DNA from: Amphiscolops sp. MND2022
Taxonomy: Eukaryota
Assembly (NCBI GenBank): GCA_964187785.1
Contig: OZ076409.1
Coordinates: 27,096,001 to 27,160,000, forward strand
Reading direction: 5' to 3'
Length of the DNA: 64,000 nucleotides
How positions within the stretch are numbered: the stretch's first letter is position 1; every line of letters begins with the position of its first letter. This document shows positions 61,336-64,000 of the stretch, piece after piece. The notes under the pieces are model-generated. The model saw nothing but the letters and a program-made list of their open reading frames with translations, was not told the origin of the DNA and made no database searches. The translations under genes were made by a program, and so were the position numbers.

Positions 61336-64000
61336 CCAAGAAAAGTCTCATTTTACATCTGAGATGTATTACGGATGAACAAATCACAAAACGAACGAAT
61401 TACATGCAATTTTAACTTAAAAAGTACATGAAGATGTAAAATGGATGAAAAGTTACTAAAAATCACATGAAAACCGCATACAAACAAAACGCGATGTAAA
61501 ACGGATGAAAAACGATCAAAAAACCAGAAAAACAACACACAAAAACTTGAGATGAAAAAAGGATGAAACCACATGAAAATTTCGCTCAGACACACGAGAG
61601 ATGAAAAAGTGATGAAATCAGTCAAAATTTCGACCAATCTACATGCAATTTTTACTAGCGATGCATTTGAGATGGAAAATACCATCAGAATGCAAGCGCA
61701 CCCACGTTCATGCTATTACAAGACTCTAGCTCGGCCAGAGGATGAAATAGCGATGAACTCGATCCAATTATTCATAGATTACATGAAATCAATTAACGAG
61801 ACGAATTTGTGATGGACACTACCATCAAATCGCGACCGAATTTATCGTTAACCTGACACAATACTCTAGCTTCGCTGGAGGATGTCAAAACGATGAATTT
61901 AGTCTAAATGGAAATTCGAAAATATTAAATGACTTACCAACACCTCTTTGTGATGGGAAACACCATCAACATAACATCACAATAAATCAGCTAATTCGCA
62001 AACAACATGTAACTCCACGAAACGATAAAAACAACCGACCTTATTTCGAATCATGCAACGAAATTATGCGACACAAACATGAAATGATCAATACATGTAA
62101 AGTTCAAAGACCTGCCAAATCAATGACGGCACGAAAGCAATTAACAATTCCAAACTACATGCAATACAAATGAGCAACGCACGGAAATATACATGTACCG
62201 TTCAAAAATGAATGAGATAATATATGCAATTCACAGCAAAACCATCCGAACCTAGACGAATAAAAATAAAACAAACAAACGAAAATACATGAAGTCTACT
62301 AATTTACATGCAAAATATAAGAATTGACGAAACACCTACTAAACTAACAAAGGAGTGAGCACCCCCCAGCAAACATCAGTTTATAACAAGCAAAACACCC
62401 CTATCGATAAGCCAAAAACATTCCTTCGTGCTGGCTGGCATTTCTCTGAAAAGAGTGCTGGTTAGTTGAGGCGGGGAGCTCACAACCATATTCGGATGAA
62501 GCTTGCTGCGTTGGTTATCCAGCGGCTAGTGGATTCTCAGTTAGTTTTGTAGGGGCTTTGTGACGACAAAGCCCTGTCCAAATGAACGAAAATAAAATCA
62601 AAAAACATGAAACTAACACCGAACATATAACGACATGTCAATAATGGGGCAACCCATTTAAAAGAACACATCATCTAACAATCCATACATGCAAATACAA
62701 GAAACAGATAGTCTAAAACTGGACACATGCATAACCGTAGATGTCAATCACATTGATTGATCGGACTGACCGTCAAATGGACAAACCCATTTCGACGAAT
62801 AATGGCAAACAACCAACCGAAAAAATGACATATAGACTATATATAGCCCGAAACTACGAGATTCCATTTATCTGAAAGGAGCGGAGCAGCTCCACTCACC
62901 CAGCTCTGGACTGAAGCCACTAGTACCTTGCACGCCTACAGGCTATCAGTACCACTGCTGAGTGAACTTATTTTCGACCGCCACGCAAGCGGCGGTCACC
63001 AGAAAGCGAACTAAAAATACATGCAATAACGTTCCGAAGTTGACAAATTAGAAACATGACGACGATGATCAAAACACATGTACCATAAAATTCATGCAAA
63101 TTCAAAAACACGACAAATGGTTATAACCGTATAACGCTAAAATACATGAAGAAAACAATCCGAAACACCGCAATATTAATAAAATTTCCTCCGGACATGA
63201 AAAATGCAACCCCCGCTTACGTTATACCCAAATAACATCGAAAACACGCAAAAATCCGTACATTTCAAACGCACGATAAAAAGAAGATGAACTATACAAC
63301 AAAATGAGCAAAAAACTTGCCAAGTCAAACTTGCGATACAAAAACGATGAATTACACCAAAAAACTAGCAAAAATGCAAAAATTCAAACGCAAGATGAAA
63401 AAACGATGAAATACGTAGAAAAACCACATGTAACAACATGCAATATTTCTGACGCACCGAAAGATGTAAAAACGATGACAAAAACAGTTTTCACGACGTC
63501 GCTTGGTCGACCGAGGAAAACGTGATGAAAATGAGATGAAAAATCAAAGATCAAACGCTGACGAGTTACTTACACTACCGCGAGATGTAATAACGATGAA
63601 CACCATAAAAGCGACGCGCGACCGATGATCTATGATACAAAAATACCGAAGACAATGCTTCAAGTGAACTGTTGGACGAACTTGTTGATTTACACGTACT
63701 TAATATCCTCTGTAACTATCTCTAACAACTCAAAAGAAAAACAGCTGTTGGGCACCAAAATAACTAATGTTGTAAACACACTACTACCGATCTTTCCGCC
63801 GTAGCATCTGGATTTGTATCATTCTCACTATGGTCATTACTGTGCTTTCCATTTATTGACCTTTTTCATGGGTCTCCCAACATATGAATAACTACACTAT
63901 AATGTAAATACAACAAATTATATAGCAAAACAATGAACAACATAAACAGTTAATAAGTCAGTTTCCAATCTCGGGACTGGCAGCCCGCTCCCCGGTCACA

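Larger units (their letters stand above)
52877..64000 (+). mobile_element. Ty3/Gypsy LTR retrotransposon with intact gag and pol; 3' LTR not reached in the window
   Basis: 5' LTR, PBS, gag, -1 frameshift site, pol in PR-RT-RH-IN order. Assignment of 61336-64000 to the element is inferred. Confidence 0.93.

Noticed and set aside
61353..63525. env or antisense accessory gene in the Gypsy 3' region
   Set aside because: Only short low-complexity ORFs; the GC-rich islands have stops in all three minus-strand frames.

Overview
AT-rich, transposon-dense eukaryotic (metazoan-like) DNA; the species cannot be determined from the window. There is one well-supported host gene, a two-exon minus-strand adhesion-GPCR-like 7TM receptor (10882-9621 joined to 6332-4814, about 926 aa) with two GAIN/GPS-like modules. 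Two young LTR retrotransposons dominate. (1) A complete BEL/Pao element (33009-40455, minus strand, 564-bp LTRs, ACCAC target-site duplication) carries an extra SGNH-hydrolase-like ORF upstream of gag-pol and a third ORF that starts in an ATGA overlap with the pol stop and runs into the 3' LTR. (2) A Ty3/Gypsy element (52877 to beyond 64000, plus strand) has a 2173-bp LTR containing the first ~103 gag codons, so gag reads through the primer-binding site; it also has a dUTPase-like insert in pol and a >2.6-kb non-coding 3' region with structured islands and motif arrays. A related solo LTR lies at 28855-30844. The remainder is decayed Gypsy pol, hAT/CMC/Merlin-like non-autonomous elements, Helentron-type (HINE-like) repeats carrying tRNA-like boxes, a 1.13-kb tandem array, and one unexplained, compositionally odd ~950-bp block near 43 kb. 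All family and domain calls come from motif recognition by eye, not from database searches.
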